A stretch of DNA of 64,000 nt from contig OY820905.2 in assembly GCA_963555755.3 (NCBI GenBank), positions 2,304,001-2,368,000 on the forward strand, read 5' to 3'. This document shows, piece after piece, positions 38,985-50,838 of the stretch (its first letter is position 1; every line of letters starts with the position of its first letter). Both the position numbers and the translations under genes were made by a program. This DNA is from Nitrospirales bacterium. GTDB taxonomy: Bacteria > Nitrospirota > Nitrospiria > Nitrospirales > UBA8639. Under the pieces are notes generated by a model that was not told the origin of the DNA, made no database searches, and saw only the letters and a list, made by a program, of their open reading frames with translations.

Positions 38985-40427
38985 GTGGAACAACTACCAG
39001 GACCAGCGTTTCTCATCGGTACTGAATGGCGTGAATCTCCGGTTCGCCAATCCGTGCTGAATCCCTACACGGGACACTCCATTGCCGAAATCTGTCAGGC
39101 CCAAGCGCCCGATATTGAAGACGCCATCCAACTGAGTGTTTCTGCGTTTCCGGCCATTGCCAAGCTGCCGTCCCACACGCGAGCCAAAGCCCTTTCGGGC
39201 ATCGCACAACAGCTCACTGCGCGCCAGCACGAGTTTGCCAAGGTCATGAGTTTGGAATCCGGCAAACCCATTACCGATGCCGGACGTGAGGTCCTCCGGG
39301 CCATTCAGACCTTCATCGTGGCGAGTGAAGAAGCCAAACGCCTGCCTGGCGATACCATCCCTATGGATAGTAGCCCCGGCATGGATCACCACATGGGTAT
39401 CCTTCGACGAGTGCCGATTGGGCCGGTCCTGGGCATTACACCCTTTAATTTCCCTTTGAACCTTGTAGCCCACAAAATTGCGCCCTGCTTGGCCGTCGGG
39501 AACCCCTTCCTTCTGAAACCAGCCCCACAAACTCCCCTGACCGCCTTACTGCTCGGAGAAATTATTTGCGAACTCGGGCTCCCTCCCGGCACATTGAGTG
39601 TCTTGCCTTGCGAGAATGCCCTAGCTGAAACCATGGTGCGGGATCCCAGAATTCAAGCTCTGAGTTTTACGGGAAGTGCCGCGGTGGGATGGAGCCTCAA
39701 AGGCAAGGCTGGGAAAAAACGTGTGGCACTCGAATTGGGAGGAAATGCAGCGGTCATTGTCGAACCCGATGCCAACCTCCCACTGGCGGCCCAACGTTGT
39801 GCCGCCGGTGGACTTTCATACTCGGGGCAGACCTGCATTTCCGTGCAGCGGCTGTATATCCACCATGACATTTACGATCAATTCGTCGAACTCCTACTTA
39901 ATCAGGTTCGCGCCATACCCAGTGGCGACCCTCTCAATGAATCCACGGTCGTTGGACCACTGATCAACCAGCAAGCGGCGATCAGAGTCGAAACGTGGAT
40001 TCAAGAAGCCATTGCACAAGGTGCGGATTGCCTACTCGGTGGAACTCGACAGGATTCTATTGTGGCGCCAACTGTCCTAGCCAATGTTCGTCCAACCATG
40101 AACGTATCCTGCGAAGAAGTATTTGGCCCCGTCATCACGATCACTCGCTATCAGGACTTCGCGGAAGCGCTGCATGGTGTGAACGATTCACCCTACGGGC
40201 TTCAAGCTGGGGTCTTTACTCAAAATATTAATCGCATTTTCCAAGCCTATCGCGAACTGGAAGTTGGGGCGGTGCTCGCCAATGAAATCCCCACTTGGCG
40301 CGCCGACCATATGCCGTACGGTGGAGTCAAGGATTCCGGGTTAGGACGTGAAGGCGTTCAGTACGCCATGCAAGAACTCACCGAACCAAAGCTCTTGGTG
40401 TTACACCTTCCTCCTCTTGGAACCTAA
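38985..40427 (+). CDS. aldehyde dehydrogenase family protein
   Basis: ITPFNFP, FTGS, LELGGN, GQTCIS, EEVFGP, YGGVKDSG. Confidence 0.94.
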   Translation: MEQLPGPAFLIGTEWRESPVRQSVLNPYTGHSIAEICQAQAPDIEDAIQLSVSAFPAIAKLPSHTRAKALSGIAQQLTARQHEFAKVMSLESGKPITDAGREVLRAIQTFIVASEEAKRLPGDTIPMDSSPGMDHHMGILRRVPIGPVLGITPFNFPLNLVAHKIAPCLAVGNPFLLKPAPQTPLTALLLGEIICELGLPPGTLSVLPCENALAETMVRDPRIQALSFTGSAAVGWSLKGKAGKKRVALELGGNAAVIVEPDANLPLAAQRCAAGGLSYSGQTCISVQRLYIHHDIYDQFVELLLNQVRAIPSGDPLNESTVVGPLINQQAAIRVETWIQEAIAQGADCLLGGTRQDSIVAPTVLANVRPTMNVSCEEVFGPVITITRYQDFAEALHGVNDSPYGLQAGVFTQNINRIFQAYRELEVGAVLANEIPTWRADHMPYGGVKDSGLGREGVQYAMQELTEPKLLVLHLPPLGT

Positions 40428-40748
40428 TGGGGAAGCGAAAAGGGGTGTAAAGTGCCAGGTAAAGGGTAGGAACTTTCATACTCCTATATCGACTTTCGCG
40501 TTTGCTCTTTCCCTGTGTCGCCTGTAACAAATATGAACACTTAACAAAAATTCCTTGCAGAATTCCTTCTAAATTTGTCAAGATGCGGCCCGCATGTTCG
40601 TTTCCAGCCTCACAGCCGGAATGACTTTTCATAAATGGCGCTGTCAGCAGAAATGACTAGCCTGACAAAGCAACCTCACGATTTTGCAGACGTCACTAAT
40701 CATTTTCGAAAATTGTGTGAACTACCACACGAAAAAAACGGAGGAGAC

Positions 40749-41336
40749 ATGGTTCCTACTCACATGTTTCTGACCCGAGGGGTCGGTGTGCATCGAGAAA
40801 AACTCGCTTCATTCGAAGAAGCATTACGACGTGCTGGCGTGGCCTACTGTAACCTGGTGAGTGTCTCCTCGATCCTCCCACCAAACTGTAAAATCATTCC
40901 ACAAAAACGCGGAGTACAGTTGTTGAATCCCGGCGAAATCACATACTGTGTGATGGCCAGGTGTGAAACCAATGAACGGAGTCGTCTGATCTCCTCATCA
41001 ATAGGCGTGGCCATCCCCGAGGGCCGACACAAGGCATATGGCTATCTCTCTGAACATCATGCTTGTGGAGAAACCGACGAAGAGGCTGGCGATTACACCG
41101 AAGATCTGGCGGCACAAATGCTCGCCACCACGCTTGGCATCAAGTTTGACCCCAACGTGGCCTGGAAGGAACGAGAGCAAGTGTTCAAAATGGGCGGGAA
41201 AATTGTTCGCACGCAAAACATCACCCAGTCCGCCATTGGAAAGCCAAACAGGTGGACGACTGTGGTGGCTCTCGCGGTCTTTATTCCCCTCGAAAATATT
41301 CCAAACCCGACTCGCCCATCGAGAAAGAAAATATAA
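40749..41336 (+). CDS. pdaD: pyruvoyl-dependent arginine decarboxylase
   Basis: [21 protein letters not shown] (Ser-Ser cleavage site), [11 protein letters not shown] ggaggag. Confidence 0.9.
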   Translation: MVPTHMFLTRGVGVHREKLASFEEALRRAGVAYCNLVSVSSILPPNCKIIPQKRGVQLLNPGEITYCVMARCETNERSRLISSSIGVAIPEGRHKAYGYLSEHHACGETDEEAGDYTEDLAAQMLATTLGIKFDPNVAWKEREQVFKMGGKIVRTQNITQSAIGKPNRWTTVVALAVFIPLENIPNPTRPSRKKI

Positions 41337-41378
41337 GTAACAAAGAAACGGCGCTGGGCGTGCTTTTTCACCTCCCTG

Positions 41379-42152
41379 CTAAACCGAAAATTTCGCCCAC
41401 AGGACCGTGTGATCCGAAGGAGTTTTGCCTTTCCTGGGATTCACATCCACTTCAACCGCCGTACATTTTTTGGCTAACGGTTTCGTTGCGAGAATGTGGT
41501 CGATTCTCCAACCGCGATTCGCCTTCATCGCATCCGGCTGACGATAGTCCCAAAATGTAAATTGCGGTCGATCCGGGTACAATCGCCGGAACACATCTTC
41601 AAAGCCCCAACTCATGGTCTTGTGGTAAGCCTTTCGTGCATCCTGGTGATAACACACATGCGTCAAATGTTTTTCCGGACTGTGGACATCCATCGGCTCG
41701 GGTGCCACATTCATATCTCCACACCAAATGACCGGTTGGTCAGGTGAACAGTGGCGTGAGAAGTATTGGCGCAACCGCTTGAACCACTGCAGTTTGTACT
41801 GATACTTGGGGTGATCGATTTGAAACCCTTGTGGGATGTAGGTATTCACGATGGAAATCCCTTGGACCACGACATGAAGCAACCGGAAGCCATCGGCATT
41901 GGGGCCTTTATCCAGACCATCCGAGGTAAATTCCGGTGCGGTTTTGGTCAACACGGCAACGCCGTTATACCCTTTCATCCCGCGAAATGTAACAACATAG
42001 CCGGTGGACTCCAAGGCCTCTACAGGAAATTCCGAATCTTGAACTTTGGTTTCCTGCAAACACAACACATCAGGAGCATGGGTTTTCAACCACCGCTTCA
42101 CAGTAGACAACCGCTTCCGCACCGAATTCACGTTAAACGTGGCAATCTTCAT
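41379..42152 (-). CDS. xth: exodeoxyribonuclease III
   Basis: ATFNVNS, LQETK, YNGVA, GDMNVA, GWRIDH, SDH. Confidence 0.95.
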   Translation of the reverse strand: MKIATFNVNSVRKRLSTVKRWLKTHAPDVLCLQETKVQDSEFPVEALESTGYVVTFRGMKGYNGVAVLTKTAPEFTSDGLDKGPNADGFRLLHVVVQGISIVNTYIPQGFQIDHPKYQYKLQWFKRLRQYFSRHCSPDQPVIWCGDMNVAPEPMDVHSPEKHLTHVCYHQDARKAYHKTMSWGFEDVFRRLYPDRPQFTFWDYRQPDAMKANRGWRIDHILATKPLAKKCTAVEVDVNPRKGKTPSDHTVLWAKFSV

Positions 42153-42236
42153 TTGTTCATTCCTTCATTGCTGGATACATAATCATTCTCGAAAAGACCT
42201 CAACGTTCATATTATTATTTCTGGAGTCACCTCGTC

Positions 42237-42845
42237 ATGACCTTCACCTCTCAGGAAATCGCGCGTCTCACGGACACCAACTTTTTTCTCGATAAGGCCA
42301 CCATCTCTACGAAAATTCGGCAATCCTTAGAACAACTCCACGAGACCTATCAACACGAACTCACGCAACATCAACTCATCGTCCCGGATCAATTTACCCT
42401 CGACGCATTCCAACTGGTCAGAGGGGAACATTTAGAAAACTTCCCCTATCAATATCTGGACTACCCTCGATTTTACACGCGAGAAACCAAGTTTGCCTTT
42501 CGTACGCTGTATTGGTGGGGTCATCACATCATTTTTTCCCTCATTCTCGAAGGTGGCCACATTCGACGGTATAAAGAAAACCTCATCAACCGGTTTTCAG
42601 AAATCGCCGATCGAGAGGTATGTTTATGCCTCGATAGTTCATTATGGGAATGGAAGAAAGGACCGGGTTATACCTTGAAACTGACAAAAGACCGAAAGCC
42701 AGAAGTGGCTGCCGTCCTCGCGAATCGTCCATTTTTCAAGCTCGCACTTTTCATGCCATTCGACGATCCCATCGTCACGTCAGGGAACATTTGCCAGAAA
42801 GGCCAGGAAGTCCTACGCACGATACTTCCGGTCATTAAGGATTAA
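42237..42845 (+). CDS. hypothetical protein
   Basis: 202-aa ORF in gene-sized gap (GEHLENFPYQYLDYPR). Confidence 0.75.
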   Translation: MTFTSQEIARLTDTNFFLDKATISTKIRQSLEQLHETYQHELTQHQLIVPDQFTLDAFQLVRGEHLENFPYQYLDYPRFYTRETKFAFRTLYWWGHHIIFSLILEGGHIRRYKENLINRFSEIADREVCLCLDSSLWEWKKGPGYTLKLTKDRKPEVAAVLANRPFFKLALFMPFDDPIVTSGNICQKGQEVLRTILPVIKD

Positions 42846-42850
42846 ACTTT

Positions 42851-42993
42851 AGGGCACCTCTAAAAACCGTCCTTTTCCGTGATGGCGGCGTCAGCCGCGT
42901 GCTCAAATCCTCATGTATTCGCCCATACACTCCGGTTTTCCGCGCGCGGCTTCCTTGCCCTCACAAAAAATGCCTGGTTTTTAGAGGTGCCCT
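42851..42993 (+). repeat. MITE family A, intact (143 bp)
   Basis: TIR agggcacctctaaaaacc / ggtttttagaggtgccct. Confidence 0.9.
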
Positions 42994-43572
42994 TTACTCG
43001 TCTTCTTTTAATCCCAGTAGTTCCGTGAACTCCCTGGCACTGTAATTCTTCTGAGTCTCCAGTTGAATAATGTCGATCTCGGCTTCCTGGCATAATACCT
43101 TCATCAGGGTATGTTGAGAATTCGACGGAGCGCCCTCATGGTCCTTTGACCCAACCATGATAATTTTACTCGGTAGCATCGTCCCGGGATGAACCAGCAC
43201 AAAGTCGGCGGTGAGGGTTCGGATGGCCTTCACCATTTCTCGCCGTGCATCTTCGTCATCCGCACTCACCTGCACCAACGTGCGCAAGGGAATTTTGGCA
43301 AACACCAAAAAACAATCACGGGATACTAAATGAAGGAGATTAAATACGGCCACCTCTGATGCCTGAATCAACGGACGCCCGCTGACGATTATCGCATCAG
43401 GAATAGTTGTTTCTTTGAATCGTTGGGACTGTCGTCGCCGATTCCACCAGGGTTGCACCAAAAAATAGACTAGAATGAAGGTCACAATGGTCAGCGCCAA
43501 CATCAATAGTTGAGAGAGGAGTGGAAGCGATTCAATGGAAAGTGCTGAAAGGGAATCAAAGGCTGCAAGCAC
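42994..43572 (-). CDS. DUF2726-like membrane-anchored protein
   Basis: N-terminal TM, PLIQASE..F..L, VFAKIPL, ADFVLV. Confidence 0.65.
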   Translation of the reverse strand: MLAAFDSLSALSIESLPLLSQLLMLALTIVTFILVYFLVQPWWNRRRQSQRFKETTIPDAIIVSGRPLIQASEVAVFNLLHLVSRDCFLVFAKIPLRTLVQVSADDEDARREMVKAIRTLTADFVLVHPGTMLPSKIIMVGSKDHEGAPSNSQHTLMKVLCQEAEIDIIQLETQKNYSAREFTELLGLKEDE

Positions 43573-43597
43573 GTCGAATCTTTACCTGTGGCAGAAG

Positions 43598-44767
43598 TTA
43601 GAAGTGAATTGAGAATTTCTTCTTTCCCGGCACAACCATTCCCAACACCACCGGGTATCGAGCGCCGGTGACCGCCGGTACATTGGTTGGCATACCGTGA
43701 ATGGTTTGATAGGCCATCACGGCGAAAGCCAACGCCTCAAAGGCATTACTATCAACACCAGCCTGATCCATGGTGCAAACCGGACGTGGATCAAATACCT
43801 GTCTCAGCGCATTCATGAGAGCCAGGTTGTTGACTCCCCCTCCGCCGAGTATGACTTCATCGATATTCCCCTTGAACCATCCACATGCCTCGACAATTGT
43901 CTTGGCCACAAAGTCGCAACTGGTCGCAAGGGCATCTGGCAGGGACAGGTGTTTCGCTTTGGCCCGCCTTAACACGTCAGCAATATAGGAATCGCCAAAT
44001 TCCTCACGTCCCGTAGATTTTGGAGGTCGTTTGGCAAGATAGGGATGGGCCAATAAGGTCTTAAGCCACGAGGCATGACTTCGGCCTTTTCCCGCCAGAC
44101 GGCCGTTTCGATCAAACTGTTGTGTTCCATCGGTGCCCTTCACCACTAATCCATCCAACAGCATATTGCACGGGCCCGTATCAAATGCCCGAATGTCATC
44201 GAGGCATCCATCTGCTGGTAAAAACGTCACATTTGCAATCCCGCCAAGATTCACGACCAGCCGCGACCGACGTGTCGATTGAAACAACAGATGATGAACA
44301 TACGGTGCCAGTGGAGCACCTTCCCCGCCTGCGGCCACGTCGCGAGTGCGAAAATCAGCCACCGTCGTAATGCCGGTCCGCTCCGCGATAATGGCTGGAT
44401 CGCCAATTTGAAGAGTAGATCGAATGGCCCCAATCTTGGGTTCTCGAATGGGTGTGGGTTGATGATACACCGTTTGGCCGTGCGAACCGATCAATCGAAT
44501 GTCCTCCGTTGCCATACCTGCTCGCTTGATCGTCCGAAGAGCCGTCTGAGCAAACACTTCCCCCACTGCCGCATTCAGGTGACATAACTCCGCGACGGTT
44601 CCTTGAGTGGGAGCCAGCAACACACGCTGTCGTAAGTTTGGCGGGTAGGCTAACGTTTGAGATGCGAGGAGCTTGATCTTGATGCGTGCCTGAGAACGCG
44701 TGATATCAACGATGGCGCAGTCTACACCATCGGCAGAAGTCCCGGACATTAGTCCCAAGCATTTCAT
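43598..44767 (-). CDS. anmK: anhydro-N-acetylmuramic acid kinase
   Basis: GLMSGTSADGVD, GSHGQT, DFRTRDVAAGGEGAPL, NLGGIAN, FDTGPCN, PPKSTGRE. Confidence 0.96.
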   Translation of the reverse strand: MKCLGLMSGTSADGVDCAIVDITRSQARIKIKLLASQTLAYPPNLRQRVLLAPTQGTVAELCHLNAAVGEVFAQTALRTIKRAGMATEDIRLIGSHGQTVYHQPTPIREPKIGAIRSTLQIGDPAIIAERTGITTVADFRTRDVAAGGEGAPLAPYVHHLLFQSTRRSRLVVNLGGIANVTFLPADGCLDDIRAFDTGPCNMLLDGLVVKGTDGTQQFDRNGRLAGKGRSHASWLKTLLAHPYLAKRPPKSTGREEFGDSYIADVLRRAKAKHLSLPDALATSCDFVAKTIVEACGWFKGNIDEVILGGGGVNNLALMNALRQVFDPRPVCTMDQAGVDSNAFEALAFAVMAYQTIHGMPTNVPAVTGARYPVVLGMVVPGKKKFSIHF

Positions 44768-44849
44768 GAATTCAATTACCGCGGAGACTCGAGTAGTCAG
44801 TCAGGATATCACTCAAAAAAATTCACGTTCAAGGCACAGTGTCACCGAT

Positions 44850-45266
44850 TCATATTTTTGGGGATTCTTGCTGGTTCCGATCCCACACCATCCCGATTTG
44901 CTCTTTCGCACTAAATCCAAGCGTTTCATAAAACACCTGCTTATCGCGGGTACACAGCCAAAACAATTCCACCTGCTGCAGGGTCGGATGCGACAGGATA
45001 CGCTTGATAATCTCCGTTCCGATATCTTGGTCCTGGTACTGTCCATCCACGATAACATCCCAAATTGAAGCCCGGTAGACATAATCCGTCAGCACGCGTC
45101 CACACCCCACTAACCGGTCCCCGTCCCACGCCGTCAGAAACACATGGGTGTGTTTCACCATTTCCTGAGCATCGTCTAGAGTCCGTCCGCTGGCCCATGA
45201 TGACTGTTCAAACAGTGGTAAAAGGCTAGAAGGATCGAAATGTTTCCCATCGGAGTATGTGATCAT
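44850..45266 (-). CDS. GNAT family N-acetyltransferase
   Basis: LVGCGRV, IWDVIV..YQ.Q.IG, FYETLGF. Confidence 0.85.
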   Translation of the reverse strand: MITYSDGKHFDPSSLLPLFEQSSWASGRTLDDAQEMVKHTHVFLTAWDGDRLVGCGRVLTDYVYRASIWDVIVDGQYQDQDIGTEIIKRILSHPTLQQVELFWLCTRDKQVFYETLGFSAKEQIGMVWDRNQQESPKI

Positions 45267-45360
45267 GAGAACTGTAGAAAAACCAAAATTGGGAGATTTT
45301 TGATTGACCAGCTGGAGAATTTTGATGTATCTGTATTACACTAATCGTTATACAAATACT

Positions 45361-45419
45361 AGGAGCTTGTCCGAGATTAGACAGATCGACTTCGGATACG
45401 TATCTTGAATCGGTTCCTA
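45361..45419. repeat. MITE family F, internally deleted derivative
   Basis: aggagcttgtccgagattagac resembles the family F end at 57896. Confidence 0.55.
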
Positions 45420-45437
45420 GCAACGAAGAGGATGCTC

Positions 45438-45617
45438 ATGCCGATGCTTGTCAGGAAATGTCCCAAATGCGAGAAATTATTTTGGATTAAGGAACAGGAC
45501 ATAGAATATTCCAACGACGATACCTGGCGAATCACTTGTCAGCATTGCCAGCAAGTGCTTCGCATTCCCCTCGTGACGCAGGGACCCAATGCCGGCGCTC
45601 CCAAAATGGGCCACTAG
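45438..45617 (+). CDS. small zinc-ribbon protein
   Basis: CPKC...CQHC; RBS gagg. Confidence 0.7.
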   Translation: MPMLVRKCPKCEKLFWIKEQDIEYSNDDTWRITCQHCQQVLRIPLVTQGPNAGAPKMGH

Positions 45618-45733
45618 GCTGTTCAAAAAGGCCGCCAGCGGCGTTCTCGGCCCTTTGTCGTGCTCACGTACTCGCGTACGCTCCGCGCGTCAAAGGGCCT
45701 GCGGCCTTGCTGGACGACCTTTTTGAACAGCCT
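45616..45733 (-). repeat. MITE family D, intact
   Basis: TIR aggctgttcaaaaagg / cctttttgaacagcct. Confidence 0.88.
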
Positions 45734-45762
45734 AGTTTCCTCTTGGTCATAAAGGAAGAACA

Positions 45763-46482
45763 ATGCACCTTGAGAGCCTTGGCGGGTTAGGCGCGCAGAT
45801 TGTGGGAGGACCCGATCGAGACGGCAGTGGCACAGGCCCAGTGGTCATACTCCTCCATGGATTTGGTGCACCCGGAGACGATCTTGTCGCATTGTGGAAA
45901 ATGATTCGAGTGCCCGATGACGTCCGGTTTGTATTTCCGGTTGCCCCTCTGGCTCTTGACGGTGGATTCCAGGGGAGCCGGGCATGGTGGATGCTCGATA
46001 TGGAACGCATTGCCCGGGATGCCGCCAGTGGCCGGGAACGTGACGTGCATGCCATTCCTGACGGGCTGCCAGAGGCCCGGACATCAATCATGGCCTTGCT
46101 TGATGCACTGGAGCAACAATGGAACATTTCCTCCGAGAAAATTATTCTTGGAGGTTTCTCTCAAGGCGCCATGTTGGCCTGCGACACGGTATTCCGGACA
46201 AATCGTCCCTTTGCCGGGCTCATCCTTCTGTCAGGGACCCTCATCGCCAAAAATGAATGGATGCCCCTCATGCCCAATCGAAAAGGGCTCCCGGTTTTTC
46301 AAAGTCATGGCACCGATGATCCGCTACTGCCATGTGGAACCGCCAAGGACCTTCGAGATACCATGACCAGCCATGGGATCCCCGTCGAATGGCATGAATT
46401 TCGTGGAGGGCATGAAATCCCGTTTGCCGTCCTCGAACGATTAGGGCCCTTTCTTCAGATCCATCTTGACACACCCTCTTGA
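45763..46482 (+). CDS. phospholipase/carboxylesterase (alpha/beta hydrolase)
   Basis: LLHGFG, GGFSQGAM, HGTDDP, GGHEI. Confidence 0.9.
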   Translation: MHLESLGGLGAQIVGGPDRDGSGTGPVVILLHGFGAPGDDLVALWKMIRVPDDVRFVFPVAPLALDGGFQGSRAWWMLDMERIARDAASGRERDVHAIPDGLPEARTSIMALLDALEQQWNISSEKIILGGFSQGAMLACDTVFRTNRPFAGLILLSGTLIAKNEWMPLMPNRKGLPVFQSHGTDDPLLPCGTAKDLRDTMTSHGIPVEWHEFRGGHEIPFAVLERLGPFLQIHLDTPS

Positions 46483-46532
46483 TCCCGCCACGTCAAACTT
46501 AAGGGCACCTCTAAAAACCGTCCTTTTCCGTG

Positions 46533-47219
46533 ATGGCGGCGTCAGCCGCGTGCTCAAATCCTCATGACTTGGTCCGCAGATCAACAACCATTGGTGAAGG
46601 GTTCAGGCTTAACGAGATCACACATGATCTGGAGGCCTTAGCATGGTCCGAGTCGATACGGGACATTGAAATTATGCAGTTTGTCAAGTACTTCACAACC
46701 GAAGGGTGGCTCGACAATTCTACAGGTGCATATTACACGATAACAGTTCCTGGCTATGAGCACGTCGCCGAGCAGACAACCAAGAGAGACTCGTCTCAAT
46801 GCTTTGTCGCCATGTGGTTTGATGACTCGATGAATCAGGCGTATGAAGAGGGTATCAAAAAGGCGGTTGAAGAGTGCGGGTACAAGGCCTTGCGGATCGA
46901 TAAGAAGCCGGACGTGAACAAGATTGACGACGAAATTATTGCCGAAATTCGCCGCTCTGGCTTCGTGGTGGCTGATTTCACGCATGATGAGAAAGGTGAT
47001 CGTGGGGCCGTATACTACGAAGCAGGCTTTGCCTATGGTCTTGGCCTAGAGGTCATTTACTCCTGCCGCAAGGCTCCGCAGAATGAACTCAACTTTGATA
47101 CCCGGCAATATTACCACATCCTCTGGGAAACCCCAGAAGACCTCTGCAAACAACTCAGACATCGGATCCGGGCTCGTGTCGGTGATTATAAGGCTGAAAC
47201 AGCCCCTGCCACATTGTGA
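46533..47219 (+). CDS. 5'-truncated protein with nucleoside-2-deoxyribosyltransferase/TIR-like C-terminal domain
   Basis: CFVAMWF, RIDK, IDDEIIAEIRRSGFVVADFT, RGAVYYEAGFAYGLG, FDTRQY; frame starts inside MITE A. Confidence 0.7.
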   Translation: MAASAACSNPHDLVRRSTTIGEGFRLNEITHDLEALAWSESIRDIEIMQFVKYFTTEGWLDNSTGAYYTITVPGYEHVAEQTTKRDSSQCFVAMWFDDSMNQAYEEGIKKAVEECGYKALRIDKKPDVNKIDDEIIAEIRRSGFVVADFTHDEKGDRGAVYYEAGFAYGLGLEVIYSCRKAPQNELNFDTRQYYHILWETPEDLCKQLRHRIRARVGDYKAETAPATL

Positions 47220-47397
47220 GAATGCCAGGGAGGAAGACATGATTGACTCACGCAGACCGCACCTCACCACCAGACCACCCGCCGTTGTTACTTGTTGATC
47301 GACGATGTTCTAACGGGAACGGGATCAAAGAAGAGGCCTTGCTGGAATGTCACCCCCTCTGTAGGATCGAGTCGGTGAACAGCAGAGGAGGTGCCAC

Positions 47398-47691
47398 ATG
47401 ACGGAACAGGACATCGGCGGACAAGCGATCCAGGTCACCGCAGTCAATGTGGGACTGTCCGCCGTGGTGGGATACGTCCTCTTCAAAATCATCACCCGTC
47501 CCAAGCCGACGAGCTATGGACGGCTTTGGATTGGTTGGTTCGCAGGAATCGCGACGCTAGCTAATTTTCCCCGCGTCCTCCTCCACCAGTTTGATCTGAA
47601 TGCCGTGGGCACGTGGCTCTTCCCCATCCTCTTTCTCTCCCCCGTGATCTGGCTCTTGGGCTGGGCGTACGGAAAGATCAGAGGCACCTGA
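47398..47691 (+). CDS. small membrane protein (3 TM)
   Basis: RBS gaggaggtg; hydrophobic segments. Confidence 0.7.
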   Translation: MTEQDIGGQAIQVTAVNVGLSAVVGYVLFKIITRPKPTSYGRLWIGWFAGIATLANFPRVLLHQFDLNAVGTWLFPILFLSPVIWLLGWAYGKIRGT

Positions 47692-48108
47692 CCCCAAGGC
47701 CTTCCTCTTCTAGCATAAAACCTTCCCCTTTCCTCCAAATGGGATTACAACAACTCCGGCGCAATTGCCCGGGATTCTGCGGCAATGGTAGAGTACAAAC
47801 AGCCTCTGCATCCGTTTCGCCCCAGCCCGGCTTTCCCACCAGGCTTCGTTGCGAGGCCGTCATCATTATCACATTCATCAAGGAGGAGAGTGCCGTGAGA
47901 AGAAGTGTGTTATGCGTCGCGTATTCGCCCATACACTCCGGTTTTCCGCGCGCGCCTTCCTTGCCCTCACAAAAAATGCCTGGTTTTTAGAGATGCCCTT
48001 AAGAGCCAGACCAGGCGGAATTGCGTCAAAATGCTGCGTTGAGTATGATGAAATTGTTCGGAGGCTTAACTATTTCCATCACAACCGCCTAAAGAGGTAT
48101 CGAAGCCC

Positions 48109-48348
48109 ATGATCACAAACGAAGTTCTTACACAATACATCACTCAGGCCATGCCCGATGCCAAAGTCTCCATGACTGATCGCACAGGGACCATGGATCA
48201 TCTGAACGTCCGAGTTCAATCAGATTCATTTAAGGGGAAAAACCTACTCGATCGCCATCGCATGATTTACCAGGCATTAGACGAACCCATGAAAGACGGG
48301 CGCATTCATGCCCTAGAATTACAGGCCGAAACCATTGACGGATCATAA
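48109..48348 (+). CDS. bolA: BolA family protein
   Basis: DHL, SDSFKGKNLLDRHRMIY, IHALEL. Confidence 0.9.
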   Translation: MITNEVLTQYITQAMPDAKVSMTDRTGTMDHLNVRVQSDSFKGKNLLDRHRMIYQALDEPMKDGRIHALELQAETIDGS

Positions 48349-48505
48349 GGGTTTGCGCAAGAATAACTCCCCTGTTTGAGTGCTGAGACACCTGTCTGGC
48401 AAGGTGAGAGGACTTCGCATACTCCTCGTATGTAAAGGACGAGCCACGCCGCCAGACGGGATGGATCGACGCCCAAACAGGGAAAGTTATTCTTATACGA
48501 ACCCT
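48348..48505 (+). repeat. MITE family B inserted at the bolA stop codon
   Basis: Similar to 34225-34383; TAA at both ends. Confidence 0.88.
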
Positions 48506-48521
48506 AAGGAAGGAGCTTTAT

Positions 48522-48854
48522 ATGGCTGATCCCATTGAAGATGAAATTCAGCAGGAAATTCAGAAACACAAAATTTTGATCTACGGAAAAGGGACCAAGA
48601 CAGCCCCACAATGTGGCTTTACGATCGAAACCATGGAATTTTTCGACAAGTTTGGCTTTCCCTACGAGCTTATCAATGTTCTGGAAAATCCCGCCAAACG
48701 AGAAGCTCTCACACGCATGACGAACTGGCCAACACTGCCAAAGGTGTACATCAACGGCCAATTTTATGGCGACACGGATGTGTTGGGCCCCATGGAAACC
48801 AAGGGAGAACTTAAGCCCTTACTCGATCAGGCATTCCCTAACCAATCTTCATAG
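48522..48854 (+). CDS. grxD: monothiol glutaredoxin
   Basis: KGTKTAPQCGFT, WPTLPKVYING; adjacent to bolA. Confidence 0.88.
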   Translation: MADPIEDEIQQEIQKHKILIYGKGTKTAPQCGFTIETMEFFDKFGFPYELINVLENPAKREALTRMTNWPTLPKVYINGQFYGDTDVLGPMETKGELKPLLDQAFPNQSS

Positions 48855-48875
48855 TCACTCGCCAAGAGTCCAAAC

Positions 48876-48915
48876 GAAAGAGCCTTGCTCCTAATAGGGC
48901 AAGGCTCTTTTTTTT
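48876..48915 (+). terminator. intrinsic terminator
   Basis: aaagagccttgctc-ctaata-gggcaaggctcttttttttt. Confidence 0.8.
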
Positions 48916-48927
48916 CCCCAGTTCCTA

Positions 48928-50519
<1,592 letters not shown>

Positions 50520-50838
50520 TAGATCCGCAACCATTCTCAGATTTACGACCCAATTCGTGCCCAACTCGTCCTCTGGGTTCTCTTCCTGTATCCAACGCCT
50601 GATTCTGCCCTTTTTTAGAGTCCCCATCACCGGAATGGTTGCGATGATGCCACCCGACCCTGACCTCGTTGATTAGTAAATATCCAGACACGATCTAACG
50701 GTTAGTGCGGATCTAACGAGTTTATTGCCCTTCACTGAAAACCAGACTCAAGGAAGCATCGTGAGGCCCGATAAACCAAGAGTAGGGTCGTAATCTCATG
50801 TGAGGCCAGACATACCTTTTTAAGGCAATTGAGGAGAA

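Larger units (their letters stand above)
46502..47999 (+). repeat. MITE family A split by a 1355-bp insert (halves 46502-46566 and 47922-47999)
   Basis: The halves join to cctcatg|tattcgccc as in the intact copy; TTAA at both outer ends. Confidence 0.85.

Noticed and set aside
40428..40748. Named riboswitch upstream of pdaD
   Set aside because: No recognisable consensus (guanidine, SAM, c-di-GMP); kept only as a weak lead.
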